A stretch of 64,000 bases of DNA, from positions 1,664,001 to 1,728,000 of the forward strand of contig CBDDPY010000002.1 in the NCBI GenBank assembly GCA_965232515.1, written 5' to 3'. The notes beneath the pieces were generated by a model, which searched no databases, was not told the DNA's origin, and saw only the letters and a program-made list of their open reading frames with translations. Position numbers and translations under genes: made by a program. This DNA comes from Alphaproteobacteria bacterium (GTDB lineage Bacteria > Pseudomonadota > Alphaproteobacteria > GCA-2731375). Each line of letters starts with the position of its first letter. The first letter of the stretch is position 1. Positions 1 to 9,210 of this stretch are shown here, in pieces.

Positions 1-618
1 CTTCGCCTCGAGGTCCGGTCGCGGCCGCAGGTCGACGGTGAGCAGGCGCTGGCGCTCCAGTCCGCCGATGCGGCGATAGAGGAAGTCGCGGTCGTTGCGG
101 GGCTCGCCGGCGATGTACATCTGCGTCACCAGACGGTCAAAGCCATTGCCCAAAACAGCGAAGTGGATGTGCGGCGTGCGGCTGCCATAGGGCACCGGCT
201 TGATCGTGCGGAAGCGATAGCCGCCGTCGGCCGCGGTGATCGTCTCGCCATAGCCCTGGAAGTCCTCGTCCCGGCCGCCGCGGCGGGCGTCTGACGTGTG
301 GATGTAGCGGCCGTTGGCGTCGCACTGCCAGATCTCGACCCGTGCGCCGGCAATCGGGTTTCCGGCGGTATCGACCACGCGACCGAAGACATGGGTGATC
401 TCGCCGACGGCCTGCGCCGCACGGCCCTGCACGCGGACCAGATCGTTGTCAGTGTCGAGCGACAGGACGTTGGGGTAGAACGGCCCCGCCGACTGGCGCG
501 GCGTCGTCGGCAGCGCGGCCGCGAGGGGCGTTTTGGTGGCCGCGAGGGTCGCAAACGAACCAATCGTGCCGGCGATGAGGTAGCGGCGGCTTGCGTTAAT
601 TCGGACCATGATTGGCAT
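1..618 (-). CDS. Intradiol ring-cleavage dioxygenase (protocatechuate 3,4-dioxygenase beta-like) with Tat-like signal; runs off the window edge
   Basis: Manual minus-strand translation: MPIMVRINASRRYLIAG...GPFYP...VEIWQCDANGRYIH...YRFRTIKPVPYGSRTPHIHF...LVTQMY. The Tyr/Tyr/His-x-His Fe ligands are present. No stop inside the window. Alternative start at 609. Confidence 0.88.
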   Translation of the reverse strand, partial: MPIMVRINASRRYLIAGTIGSFATLAATKTPLAAALPTTPRQSAGPFYPNVLSLDTDNDLVRVQGRAAQAVGEITHVFGRVVDTAGNPIAGARVEIWQCDANGRYIHTSDARRGGRDEDFQGYGETITAADGGYRFRTIKPVPYGSRTPHIHFAVLGNGFDRLVTQMYIAGEPRNDRDFLYRRIGGLERQRLLTVDLRPRPDLEAK

Positions 619-728
619 GTGGCCGGAAGGGACCGCGGTTTCAAGTCCGGGCGAACGCGGTCGCGAGGACTTGAACGGCACGTCGAACATCGACAACATC
701 CGACCGTGCGTGGCGTGACAGGTGAGCG

Positions 729-1871
729 ATGGCGCAAGATCAATCCGACAACCGACAGGCCTTCCGGTTCTTCGACAACCGGGAAAAGTATCTGCTGTTC
801 GTCACTACCTGCAGCGAGAAATGGGCGGTCTCGGAACGGGTCGGCCGCGAACTGCTGCAACTGACGCCGAAACCGCCGGCGCTGAGACTGTTCGACGCCG
901 GCATGGGCGACGCCACGGTGCTGACCCGGGTGATGCGCGACATGCACTGCCGCTTTCCGACGGTGCCGTTCTTCGTGGTCTGCAAGGAAATCAGCATGGA
1001 GGACGTGCGGCTGAGCCTGGAGAAGATGGCCGACCGCTTCTTCGAGCATCCACAGACCGTGCTGGTCGTGACCAACATGTACTATTCGGAAGCGCCCTGG
1101 CTGCGACCGAACAAACGGGAGGCGGCGGATGCGCTGGAATGGTGGCCGATCCCGCTGCAGGGCAGCACGGCGCACGAATTCGACGCCCAGATCAAGGCGC
1201 TGCAGCCCTATCTCAGCGCCGGCTGGCAGACCCGGACCAGCGAGAAGACCGGCAATCCGCTCTATCAGAAGCCGGCCGTGATGGTGCTCTACCGCTCGGA
1301 CCAGCGCTTCGTCCTGGACCGCATCATGCCCGAGCCCGGCGGCATCGAGGCGAATTATGACCTCGTCATCGCCTCGCAGCCCTATCGCGCCCGGCTGCCG
1401 GCGGAGCTCAAGGTGCGCAATGTGCTGGCGCCGTTGTCGCGCGCCCTGGGCCCCGGTGGCCGCATGGTCGTCGTGCAGAGCACCGGTCGAGACCCCGGCA
1501 TGGAGATCATCAACCGCATCTGGCCGGACGAGCGGCCGTTCCGCACGCCGGCGCGGTCGCTGATCACGGCGCTCCGCGACAAGCTGAAAGACGAGATCCC
1601 CGACCTCAATTTCGGCGGCGATCACGACGAGCACGCGCTGTTCAAATATCATCTGCATGCGCTGCCAAACGAGATCGGCAGCAGCATCGGCACCTCGACG
1701 CTGCTGGCGGCCTGGAACGCGGCGATCTACGTGGCCCAGATCGACGACGGCCAGCTCGCCGAGGCGCTGGCCGACGGCCGCTATCTCGACGTGACGCAAG
1801 AGGTATTGCTAGAGCATGACGGTCTATGGTTCCTCGACGAGTCCTTCGTCGTCTCGCGGCCGGCTGCCTGA
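729..1871 (+). CDS. Conserved hypothetical protein, class I SAM-dependent methyltransferase-like
   Basis: 380 aa ORF with GC3-biased codons. LFDAGMGDA resembles SAM motif I, plus YDLVIASQ and ALGPGGRMVVV motifs. Confidence 0.7.
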   Translation: MAQDQSDNRQAFRFFDNREKYLLFVTTCSEKWAVSERVGRELLQLTPKPPALRLFDAGMGDATVLTRVMRDMHCRFPTVPFFVVCKEISMEDVRLSLEKMADRFFEHPQTVLVVTNMYYSEAPWLRPNKREAADALEWWPIPLQGSTAHEFDAQIKALQPYLSAGWQTRTSEKTGNPLYQKPAVMVLYRSDQRFVLDRIMPEPGGIEANYDLVIASQPYRARLPAELKVRNVLAPLSRALGPGGRMVVVQSTGRDPGMEIINRIWPDERPFRTPARSLITALRDKLKDEIPDLNFGGDHDEHALFKYHLHALPNEIGSSIGTSTLLAAWNAAIYVAQIDDGQLAEALADGRYLDVTQEVLLEHDGLWFLDESFVVSRPAA

Positions 1872-1874
1872 GCC

Positions 1875-2249
1875 ATGACCGGTCTAGGCAACCGTATCGT
1901 GCCCAGCCTGCTGGTGCGCGACATGACCGAAACCCGCCGCTTCTATGTCGACGGCCTCGGCTTCCGCGTCACCGGCAGCTATCCCGACGAAGAAACGCCG
2001 GCCTGGCTCGAGCTGACCCGCGACGGCGTCTCACTGCAGTTCTACGCCGAGCCGCCCGTCGGCACGCCCGACCGGCCGACATTCAGCGGCACGCTCTACC
2101 TCTATCCCGACGACGTGGCCGCGCTCGCCGACGAATTGCGCGACCGTGTGCCGTTCTCCTGGGGCCCTGAGGTCATGGACTACGGCATGCGCGAATTCGC
2201 CGTCCAGGACCCCAACGGCTACTACATCGCCTTTACAGAGCCGGCGTGA
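1875..2249 (+). CDS. VOC/glyoxalase-bleomycin resistance family protein
   Basis: PSLLVRDM..FYVDGLGF and YGMREFAVQDPNGYYIAF motifs. Confidence 0.88.
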   Translation: MTGLGNRIVPSLLVRDMTETRRFYVDGLGFRVTGSYPDEETPAWLELTRDGVSLQFYAEPPVGTPDRPTFSGTLYLYPDDVAALADELRDRVPFSWGPEVMDYGMREFAVQDPNGYYIAFTEPA

Positions 2250-2277
2250 CGGTCGCTCTCGACCATAACATCGCGTA

Positions 2278-2404
2278 GCCCTCACCCTCCCACGCGACTG
2301 CTGTCGCGTGGGTCCCTCCCTCTCCCGCAAGCGGGAGAGGGGTTGTTAGGCCGAAGCGGTGGCGGCCCCCTCTCCCGCTTGCGGGAGAGGGATGGGGTGA
2401 GGGC
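2278..2404. repeat. REP/REPIN-like palindromic element
   Basis: Terminal inverted repeat GCCCTCACCC/GGGTGAGGGC encloses CCCTCTCCCGCAAGCGGGAGAGGG (2318-2341), its reverse complement (2368-2391) and a hairpin at 2289-2312. Confidence 0.8.
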
Positions 2405-2479
2405 AAGTGGTGGTGATCGAACCGGCCTACCCATCCGATGAGTATTGACTGCATCGCGCTTGTCCGGCTTGCGTAGTTA

Positions 2480-2493
2480 TTTTAGGTTTAAAA
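2480..2493. promoter_or_regulatory. Candidate MarR operator
   Basis: AT-rich palindrome TTTTA-GGTT-TAAAA about 40 nt upstream of an operon that encodes a MarR regulator. Confidence 0.45.
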
Positions 2494-2530
2494 CTTCGCA
2501 GTCTGAAATATTCGGAATGCCGGGAAACCC

Positions 2531-3340
2531 ATGTCCGACCGAGCCCAATCCGTTGACGACACCGCCCTGCACCTTGCCGGACAGCACGCGCTGGTGACTG
2601 GCGGCGGGCGGGGGATTGGGGCGGCGATCGCGGTCGAGCTGGCGCGACTGGGTGCGGATCTGACGCTGACCGGACGCTCGGAAGCGCACCTCGACATCAC
2701 GGCGACCGAAATCAACGACCGCTACCAGGTCCGGGTCGCGATCTGTCCGATGGATATCTCGGTCGAGACAGCGGTGCGGGACACCGTAGCGTTCGCGGCC
2801 GAGAAGCTGGGGCCACCGACGATCCTGATCAACAATGCCGGCGTCGCGCCGGCCGGCCCGTTCGAGGACCTGGACCTGGAGATCTGGCGGCACGCCTTCA
2901 GCGTCAATGTCGAGGGCGTGTTCCTGTGTACGCACGCCGTCCTGAACGGCATGCGCGAGGCCGGCTGGGGCCGAATCGTCAACATCGCCTCGACCGCCGG
3001 CCTGACGGCCTATCCCCATGTCGCGGCCTATGTCGCCTCGAAGCACGCGGTGGTCGGGATGACCCGGGCGCTGGCGCTGGAGCTGGCCCGCACCGGCGTT
3101 ACCGTGAACGCGGTCTGCCCGGGCTACACCGAGACCGACATGGCGCAGGGCGCGATCGATAACCTCGTCGCCGCCGGCCGCTCGGAGGACGAGGCCCGCA
3201 AACTGTTGGCGAAGAAGAACCCGCAAGGCCGTCTGGTGCAGCCGGACGAGGTCGCGCAGGCCGTCGGCTGGCTCTGCCTGCCGAGCTCCGCGGCCGTCAC
3301 CGGCCAGGCCATCGCCGTCGCCGGCGGCGAAGTGATGTAG
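2531..3340 (+). CDS. SDR family NAD(P)-dependent oxidoreductase (abm-cluster type)
   Basis: TGGGRGIG, NNAG and YVASK motifs. Confidence 0.92.
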   Translation: MSDRAQSVDDTALHLAGQHALVTGGGRGIGAAIAVELARLGADLTLTGRSEAHLDITATEINDRYQVRVAICPMDISVETAVRDTVAFAAEKLGPPTILINNAGVAPAGPFEDLDLEIWRHAFSVNVEGVFLCTHAVLNGMREAGWGRIVNIASTAGLTAYPHVAAYVASKHAVVGMTRALALELARTGVTVNAVCPGYTETDMAQGAIDNLVAAGRSEDEARKLLAKKNPQGRLVQPDEVAQAVGWLCLPSSAAVTGQAIAVAGGEVM

Positions 3341-3353
3341 GCCCAGGCCCGCC

Positions 3354-3869
3354 ATGGACGATCCGACGCCATTGCAAACGAACGGCGCGCCGGACAAGGA
3401 AGCCGGCGTCCAGCACGAAGACAAGCTGGAGCTGCGCGTCTGGCTGCGCCTGTTGACCTGCGCCACCATGATCGAGCGCGAGGTGCGCGGCCGCCTGCGC
3501 CGCGATTTCGAGATCACGCTGCCGCGCTTCGACGTGCTGGCCCAGCTCGACCGCGCCACGGATGGCCTGACCATGGGCGAGCTGTCGGGCCGGCTGATGG
3601 TCTCGAACGGCAACATCACCGGGCTGATCGACCGGCTGGTGGCGGAAGGCCTGGTGACGCGGGCCGCCAAGCCCGGCGACCGGCGCAGCGTGCACGTGCG
3701 CCTGACCGACAAGGGCAAGCAGGCCTTCGACGCCATGACCCCGGCGCACGAGGCCTGGATCGACGAGATGCTGGCTGGCCTGTCGCGCCGCGAGATGGCC
3801 GAGCTCTACGACCTGCTGGCGCGGTTGAAATCCTCGGCGTCTCCCGCCGAGATGGAAACGGGTGACTGA
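3354..3869 (+). CDS. MarR family transcriptional regulator
   Basis: [32 protein letters not shown] and [10 protein letters not shown] motifs. TGATG overlap with the next gene. Confidence 0.93.
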   Translation: MDDPTPLQTNGAPDKEAGVQHEDKLELRVWLRLLTCATMIEREVRGRLRRDFEITLPRFDVLAQLDRATDGLTMGELSGRLMVSNGNITGLIDRLVAEGLVTRAAKPGDRRSVHVRLTDKGKQAFDAMTPAHEAWIDEMLAGLSRREMAELYDLLARLKSSASPAEMETGD

Positions 3870-5083
3870 TGGCGGATAAATCGTTTCTCGACTGGCCGTT
3901 CTTCGAAGACGGCCACCGGGCCTTGCATGTGGAGCTGGAGACCTGGGCGCGCGACAACCTGGCGCCGCTGGAGCACGGCGAGGACGCCGATGCGATCTGC
4001 CGCGAGATGGTGCGGCGGTTGGGCGACGGCGGCTGGCTTTCCTACGTGATCCCGCAGGCCTATGGCGGCATTTACGAACGGCTCGACGTGCGCTCGATCT
4101 GCCTCGCCCGCGAGGTGCTGGCGCGCACGGCGGGCGGCCTCGCCGACTTCGCCTTCGTCATGCAGGGGCTTGGCACCGGCGCGATCTCGCTGTTCGGCAG
4201 CGAGGAGATCAAACGCCGCTACCTGCCACCGGTCTGTGCCGGCGACCGCATCGCCGCCTTCGCCTTATCGGAGCCGCAGGCCGGTTCGGATGTCGCCAAC
4301 GTGTTGACCACGGCGCGCGAGGATGGCGACGACTTCGTGCTGGACGGTCAGAAGACCTGGATCTCGAACGGCGGCATCGCGCACCAATACGTGGTCTTCG
4401 CGCGCACCAGCGACGACGGTGCCAAGGGCTTGAGCGCCTTCGTCGTCGAGGCCGACACGCCGGGCCTGGAGATCACCGAGCGCATTGAGATCATTGCGCC
4501 GCATCCGATGGCGACGCTGACCTTCAAGGACTGCCGCGTGCCGAAGACGCATCTGTTGGGCGAGGTCGGCCAGGGCTTCAGGATCGCCATGACCAGCCTC
4601 GATATCTTCCGCACATCGGTGGGCGCGGCCGGCCTCGGCTTTTCAAGGCGAGCGCTCGACGAAGCGATCGGGCGCTGTCAGGAGCGCGAGGCCTTCGGCC
4701 AGAAGATCGCCGAGTTCCAGCTGGTGCAAGAAAAGCTCGCCGACATGGCGACCGATATCGACGCCAGCGCGCTGCTGATCTACCGCTCGGCCTGGACCAA
4801 AGATAGCGGCGCCGCGCGCGTCACCCGCGAGGCCTCGATGGCGAAGATGTATGCGACCGAGGCCGCGCAGCGCGTGGTCGACGCCGCCGTGCAGCTGTTC
4901 GGCGGCACGGGCGTGGTCGCGGGCGCGACGGTGGAACGCCTCTATCGCGAGGTCCGGGCCCTGCGGATCTACGAGGGCACGACGGAGATCAACAAGCTGG
5001 TGATCGCGCGCCAGACGCTGGCCGCGCAGGCCGAAGCCGCGGCCATGGAAAAGGCGCTCGACCGTGCCGGAGGCGCCCGATGA
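3869..5083 (+). CDS. Acyl-CoA dehydrogenase
   Basis: [20 protein letters not shown] and RIYEGTTE motifs. Confidence 0.94.
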   Translation: MADKSFLDWPFFEDGHRALHVELETWARDNLAPLEHGEDADAICREMVRRLGDGGWLSYVIPQAYGGIYERLDVRSICLAREVLARTAGGLADFAFVMQGLGTGAISLFGSEEIKRRYLPPVCAGDRIAAFALSEPQAGSDVANVLTTAREDGDDFVLDGQKTWISNGGIAHQYVVFARTSDDGAKGLSAFVVEADTPGLEITERIEIIAPHPMATLTFKDCRVPKTHLLGEVGQGFRIAMTSLDIFRTSVGAAGLGFSRRALDEAIGRCQEREAFGQKIAEFQLVQEKLADMATDIDASALLIYRSAWTKDSGAARVTREASMAKMYATEAAQRVVDAAVQLFGGTGVVAGATVERLYREVRALRIYEGTTEINKLVIARQTLAAQAEAAAMEKALDRAGGAR

Positions 5084-6549
5084 AGCTGCTGGAACCGCTC
5101 GATATCAACGGCATGGTTCTGCCGAACCGCGTCATCGTGCCGGCCATGGTGACGCGGCTCTCGGGCGAGGACGGCTATGTCAACGACGACATCATCGACC
5201 GCTACGCGCGCTATGCCGAGGGGCATGTCGGGCTGATCGTCGTCGAGGCGACGGCGATCCACCAGTCGAAGTCGGGCCCGCTGCTGCGCCTGTCGGACGA
5301 CGCCTTCGTGCCGGGCCACCGCGAGCTGGTGAAGCGCGTGCACGACGCATCGGATTCGAAGGTCGTGCCGCAGATCATCCACTTCATGAAGATCGCGCGC
5401 TCCGGCTGGCGGCAGACCATCGAGATGCTGGAGCAGGCGGATATCGACAAGATCATCGCCGATTTCGGCACCGCCGCGGCGCGGGCGCGCGAGGCCGGCT
5501 ATGACGGCGTCGAGCTGCACTCGGCGCACGCCTATACCCTGTCGTCGTTCCTGTCGCGCCACAACAAGCGCCGCGACGGCTATACCGGCAAGACGCTGGA
5601 AGGCCGGCTGAAGATGTTCGGCCAGGTGATGACCGAGGTGCGCCGGCAGGTCGGCCACGACTGGCCGGTCGGCGTCCGGTTCCTGGCCGAGGAGGCGATC
5701 AAGGACGGCTACGCCCTGCCCGACTCCAAGCGCATCGCGCTGCGCATGGCGCAGATGGGCGCCGACTACATCTCGCTGTCGGTCGGCGGCAAGTTCGAGG
5801 ACGCCGTGCCCAAGCCCGGCCACCCGGTCTATCCCTATACCGGCTATTCCGGCGACCGCTGCATGCCAGGCGACTGGTATCCGGACCTGCCGCACGCACA
5901 CCTCGCCGCCGGCATCAAGCAGTACATCAACGCCAAGGGCTATGACGTGCCGGTGGTTTCGATCGGCAAGATCAACGATCCGCGGGAGGCCGAGAGCCTG
6001 CTGCAGGACGGCAAGGCCGACCTGATCGGCATGGCCCGCCAATTGCTGGCCGATCCGGACTGGCCGCGAAAAGTGGAGGAAGGCCGGCCGGACGAGATCC
6101 TGCATTGCATCTATTGCAACGTCTGCAAGCAGCTCGACGAGAACTTCAAGAAAGTCACCTGCTTCCTCTGGCCGAAGAACAACCTGCAGGCCCCGGCCGA
6201 CATCGCCGGCGCCGTGCACCCGACCTGGCCGGCGGGCGGCGCCGGGCTCAGCGCCGACGTCGTGGACGGCCGGATCAAGCTGGCCTGGAACAAGGCCGAG
6301 GGCGACGGCATCATCGGCTACGACGTCTATCGGGCCGAGGACGGCGAGGCCGAGACGTCCTGCATCGAGGCGGTGAAGAGCGCGAAATACGCCGACCGGC
6401 TGGTGCTGGGCGGCCTGACCTACCGCTACTATGTCCGCGCCTTCGACGCCCAGGGCCGCGCCAGCCCGCCGTCGAACGCCATCACCATAGAGATGCCGAT
6501 GCCCGACTTCGAGCCGAGCCTGCCAGACGGAGCCGTGGAACATGCCTGA
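5080..6549 (+). CDS. NADH:flavin oxidoreductase (Old Yellow Enzyme family) with [4Fe-4S] Cys motif and C-terminal fibronectin type III-like domain
   Basis: [32 protein letters not shown] and CIYCNVC-x11-C motifs. The tail IKLAW...GYDVYR...[14 protein letters not shown] has the FN3 pattern. ATGA overlap with the upstream gene. Confidence 0.88.
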   Translation: MKLLEPLDINGMVLPNRVIVPAMVTRLSGEDGYVNDDIIDRYARYAEGHVGLIVVEATAIHQSKSGPLLRLSDDAFVPGHRELVKRVHDASDSKVVPQIIHFMKIARSGWRQTIEMLEQADIDKIIADFGTAAARAREAGYDGVELHSAHAYTLSSFLSRHNKRRDGYTGKTLEGRLKMFGQVMTEVRRQVGHDWPVGVRFLAEEAIKDGYALPDSKRIALRMAQMGADYISLSVGGKFEDAVPKPGHPVYPYTGYSGDRCMPGDWYPDLPHAHLAAGIKQYINAKGYDVPVVSIGKINDPREAESLLQDGKADLIGMARQLLADPDWPRKVEEGRPDEILHCIYCNVCKQLDENFKKVTCFLWPKNNLQAPADIAGAVHPTWPAGGAGLSADVVDGRIKLAWNKAEGDGIIGYDVYRAEDGEAETSCIEAVKSAKYADRLVLGGLTYRYYVRAFDAQGRASPPSNAITIEMPMPDFEPSLPDGAVEHA

Positions 6550-8194
6550 GCCGAAGGCGCCGGGCGGCACGTCCGCCCACGTCGACACGTTCGCCGCCGA
6601 CCATCTGCCGCCGCAAGCCGAGTGGCCGCCGATGGACTACAGCCAGCCGGCGGAGCTGGCGAAGTACCCCGATCGCATGAACTGCGCCGCGTGGCTGCTG
6701 GACCGGCAGATCGAGAAGTTCGGCGAACGGCCGGTGCTGCGCACGCCGGACAGCATGTGGACCTATAACGAGCTGCACGACGTCGCCAACCGGATCGCCA
6801 ACGTGCTGGTCGACGAGCTGGGCGTCGAGCCGGGCAACCGGGTACTGATGCGGAGCCCGAACAATCCGATGTATGTCGCCTGCTGGTTCGCGGTGATGAA
6901 GGTGGGTGCCGTCGCGGTGGCGACCATGCCGCTGCTGCGCGCCCGCGAACTGACATACATTGCCGACCTGGCGCAAGTTAAGGTCGCCTTGTGCGACAAG
7001 CGCCTGGCCGAGGAAATGGAGATCACGGTCGAGAAGTCGGCGACGCTGAAGAAGGCGATCTATTTCAACGGCGACGACGCGGACGGTCTGGAAGCGCGGC
7101 TGTCGGACAAATCGGCGAGCTTCGACAATGTCGACACGGCGGCCGACGATGTCTGCCTGATCGCCTTCACCTCGGGCACCACCGGCCAGCCCAAGGGCTG
7201 CATGCATTTCCACCGCGACATCCTGGCGATCTGCGATACCTTCTCGCGCTACATCCTGCAGCCCGGGCCGGACGATATCTTCGCGGGCTCGCCGCCCATT
7301 GCCTTCACCTTCGGCCTGGGCGCGCTGGTCACCTTCCCCATGCATGCCGGCGCCTCGAGCCTGCTGATCGAGAGCTACACGCCAGATACCATGCTCGCCG
7401 CCATCGCCGAGCACGAGGTGAGCGTGCTGTTCACGGCGCCAACCATGTACCGGGCGCTGACGCCGCTCGCCGCAAAGCAGGAGCTGCCGAGCCTGAAGAA
7501 ATGCGTCTCGGCCGGCGAGAGCCTGCCGAAGCCGACCTGGGACGACTGGCACGCCGCCACCGGCATCCGGATCATTGACGGCATCGGCTCGACCGAACTG
7601 CTGCATATCTTCATCGCCTGCGCCGGCGACGACATCCGCCCGGGCGCGACCGGCAAGCCGATCCCGGGCTACGCGGCGACCATCGTGGACGACGCCGGCA
7701 ACGAGGTGCCCGACGACACGGTCGGACGCCTCGCCGTGCGCGGGCCGACGGGCTGCCGCTACATGTCGAACCCGGAGCGCCAGGCAACCTACGTGCGGAA
7801 CGGCTGGAACCTGACGGGCGATGCCTATCTGCGCGATGCCGACGGCTATTTCTGGTACCAGGCGCGGACCGACGACATGATCATTTCGGCCGGCTACAAC
7901 ATCGCCGGGCCGGAGGTGGAATCGGTCCTGATGGAACACCCGAGCGTCGCCGAATGTGCTGTTGTGGGCGCGCCGGACCCGGAGCGCGGCGAGATCGTCA
8001 AGGCTTTCGTGGTGCTGCGCGACGGCGCCGCGGCCAACGACGAAACCGCGAAGGCGCTGCAGGACCACGTCAAGGCGACCATCGCGCCCTACAAGTATCC
8101 GCGCGCCGTCGCCTTCCTCGACGCCCTGCCGAAGACCCAGACCGGCAAGATCCAGCGCTTCGTCCTGCGCGAGCAGGAAGCGGCCGCCAAGTGA
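6542..8194 (+). CDS. Aromatic acid-CoA ligase (2-aminobenzoate/benzoate-CoA ligase, AbmG-like)
   Basis: SAHVDTFA.DHLPP N-terminus, FTSGTTGQPKG, DGIGSTE, TGDAY and LPKTQTGKIQR motifs. Confidence 0.9.
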   Translation: MPEPKAPGGTSAHVDTFAADHLPPQAEWPPMDYSQPAELAKYPDRMNCAAWLLDRQIEKFGERPVLRTPDSMWTYNELHDVANRIANVLVDELGVEPGNRVLMRSPNNPMYVACWFAVMKVGAVAVATMPLLRARELTYIADLAQVKVALCDKRLAEEMEITVEKSATLKKAIYFNGDDADGLEARLSDKSASFDNVDTAADDVCLIAFTSGTTGQPKGCMHFHRDILAICDTFSRYILQPGPDDIFAGSPPIAFTFGLGALVTFPMHAGASSLLIESYTPDTMLAAIAEHEVSVLFTAPTMYRALTPLAAKQELPSLKKCVSAGESLPKPTWDDWHAATGIRIIDGIGSTELLHIFIACAGDDIRPGATGKPIPGYAATIVDDAGNEVPDDTVGRLAVRGPTGCRYMSNPERQATYVRNGWNLTGDAYLRDADGYFWYQARTDDMIISAGYNIAGPEVESVLMEHPSVAECAVVGAPDPERGEIVKAFVVLRDGAAANDETAKALQDHVKATIAPYKYPRAVAFLDALPKTQTGKIQRFVLREQEAAAK

Positions 8195-9210
8195 CGGCGG
8201 CGGCCGAAGCCGCCTGGCGGGCGGCGACACGGATGCATCACCGCTATCTGACCGGGTTGATCCTCTACACCCTGCAGAAGCGCGGCGAGGAAGCCGCGAC
8301 GGAACTGGTGTTCCGCACCTTCCGCGAGCAGCATCACGAGAAGTTCCTGCCCGGCCTGAAGCGGCTCGGCCTCGAGGGGCTGCCGCCGGCGGTGGCGGTG
8401 GGGCGGTATTTCTATCTGGCGAACGGCATGGGCGGCGTGAAGATGGAGCTGATGCCGGAATCCGAGACCAAGGTCTGGATCCGCTATCCGCCGCCGCGCT
8501 GGATTTGGGAGGGCGCGGCGATCTGCGCTGTGCCGACGCCGGTATCGCTCGCCTTCCCCCGCGCCTTCCACTCGCAGTGCGGCGTCAGCATGGGCGTGCC
8601 GAACCTGGGCTTCGTCTGCACCGCCGTCACCACCGACGGCGAGCCGGGCCTGGAAGGCTACTTCAAGATGTTTGACCGTGACCTGGCGGGCGACGAACGC
8701 CTGCAGTTCGCCCGCGGCGAGCCGAGCCCGGACTTCGATTCCGCCGCGGCGCCGGTCATCGACCTGACGCCGTCACAACGCGTGAAGTCGCGGCGGAACT
8801 ATGCGCTGCAGTTCGTGCGCACCATGCTGCCGATCGCCGTCGACATGTTCGGCCCCGATCTGCCGCGCGAGGCGGCCGTGCTGATCGGCATGCACCATGC
8901 CGAGGAAACGGCGGAGATACTTGAAAAAAATACCAATGATATCAATGGCTTTTCCGATTATTTTGCTGCGATGCTTGAGGGCAGCGGCGAGACCGTCGAG
9001 CGAGATGGTTCGGCGATCCGCATGCACGGCTGGCGGCTGATGCAGGACAAGCCGGACGTCACGGCCGGCGTGTTCGACGCCTGGCACGGCCTGTGGGAAG
9101 GCGCGCTAATGACCGCCAACCGGCGTCTCACCCTGCATATTGAGCAGCGCGCGGACCGCACTTCAGAACATTGGCAATGGCGCGTGGGTGACGCTGCCCG
9201 GCCGGTCTAG
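8191..9210 (+). CDS. Conserved hypothetical protein
   Basis: GTG start overlaps the ligase stop (GTGA). 339 aa with coding-like codon bias. The upstream extension to 7954 in the track overlaps the ligase and is not used. Confidence 0.75.
   Translation: MTAAAEAAWRAATRMHHRYLTGLILYTLQKRGEEAATELVFRTFREQHHEKFLPGLKRLGLEGLPPAVAVGRYFYLANGMGGVKMELMPESETKVWIRYPPPRWIWEGAAICAVPTPVSLAFPRAFHSQCGVSMGVPNLGFVCTAVTTDGEPGLEGYFKMFDRDLAGDERLQFARGEPSPDFDSAAAPVIDLTPSQRVKSRRNYALQFVRTMLPIAVDMFGPDLPREAAVLIGMHHAEETAEILEKNTNDINGFSDYFAAMLEGSGETVERDGSAIRMHGWRLMQDKPDVTAGVFDAWHGLWEGALMTANRRLTLHIEQRADRTSEHWQWRVGDAARPV

Noticed and set aside
126-1799. 557 aa minus-strand ORF
   Set aside because: Antisense shadow of the 729-1871 gene, out of frame with the dioxygenase, and without recognisable motifs.
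6482-8230. 582 aa minus-strand ORF, and similar long antisense ORFs at 4969, 10013, 15498, 35035, 50447, 52799 and 60528
   Set aside because: Typical stop-free antisense frames of GC3-biased genes. Each overlaps a motif-supported gene.
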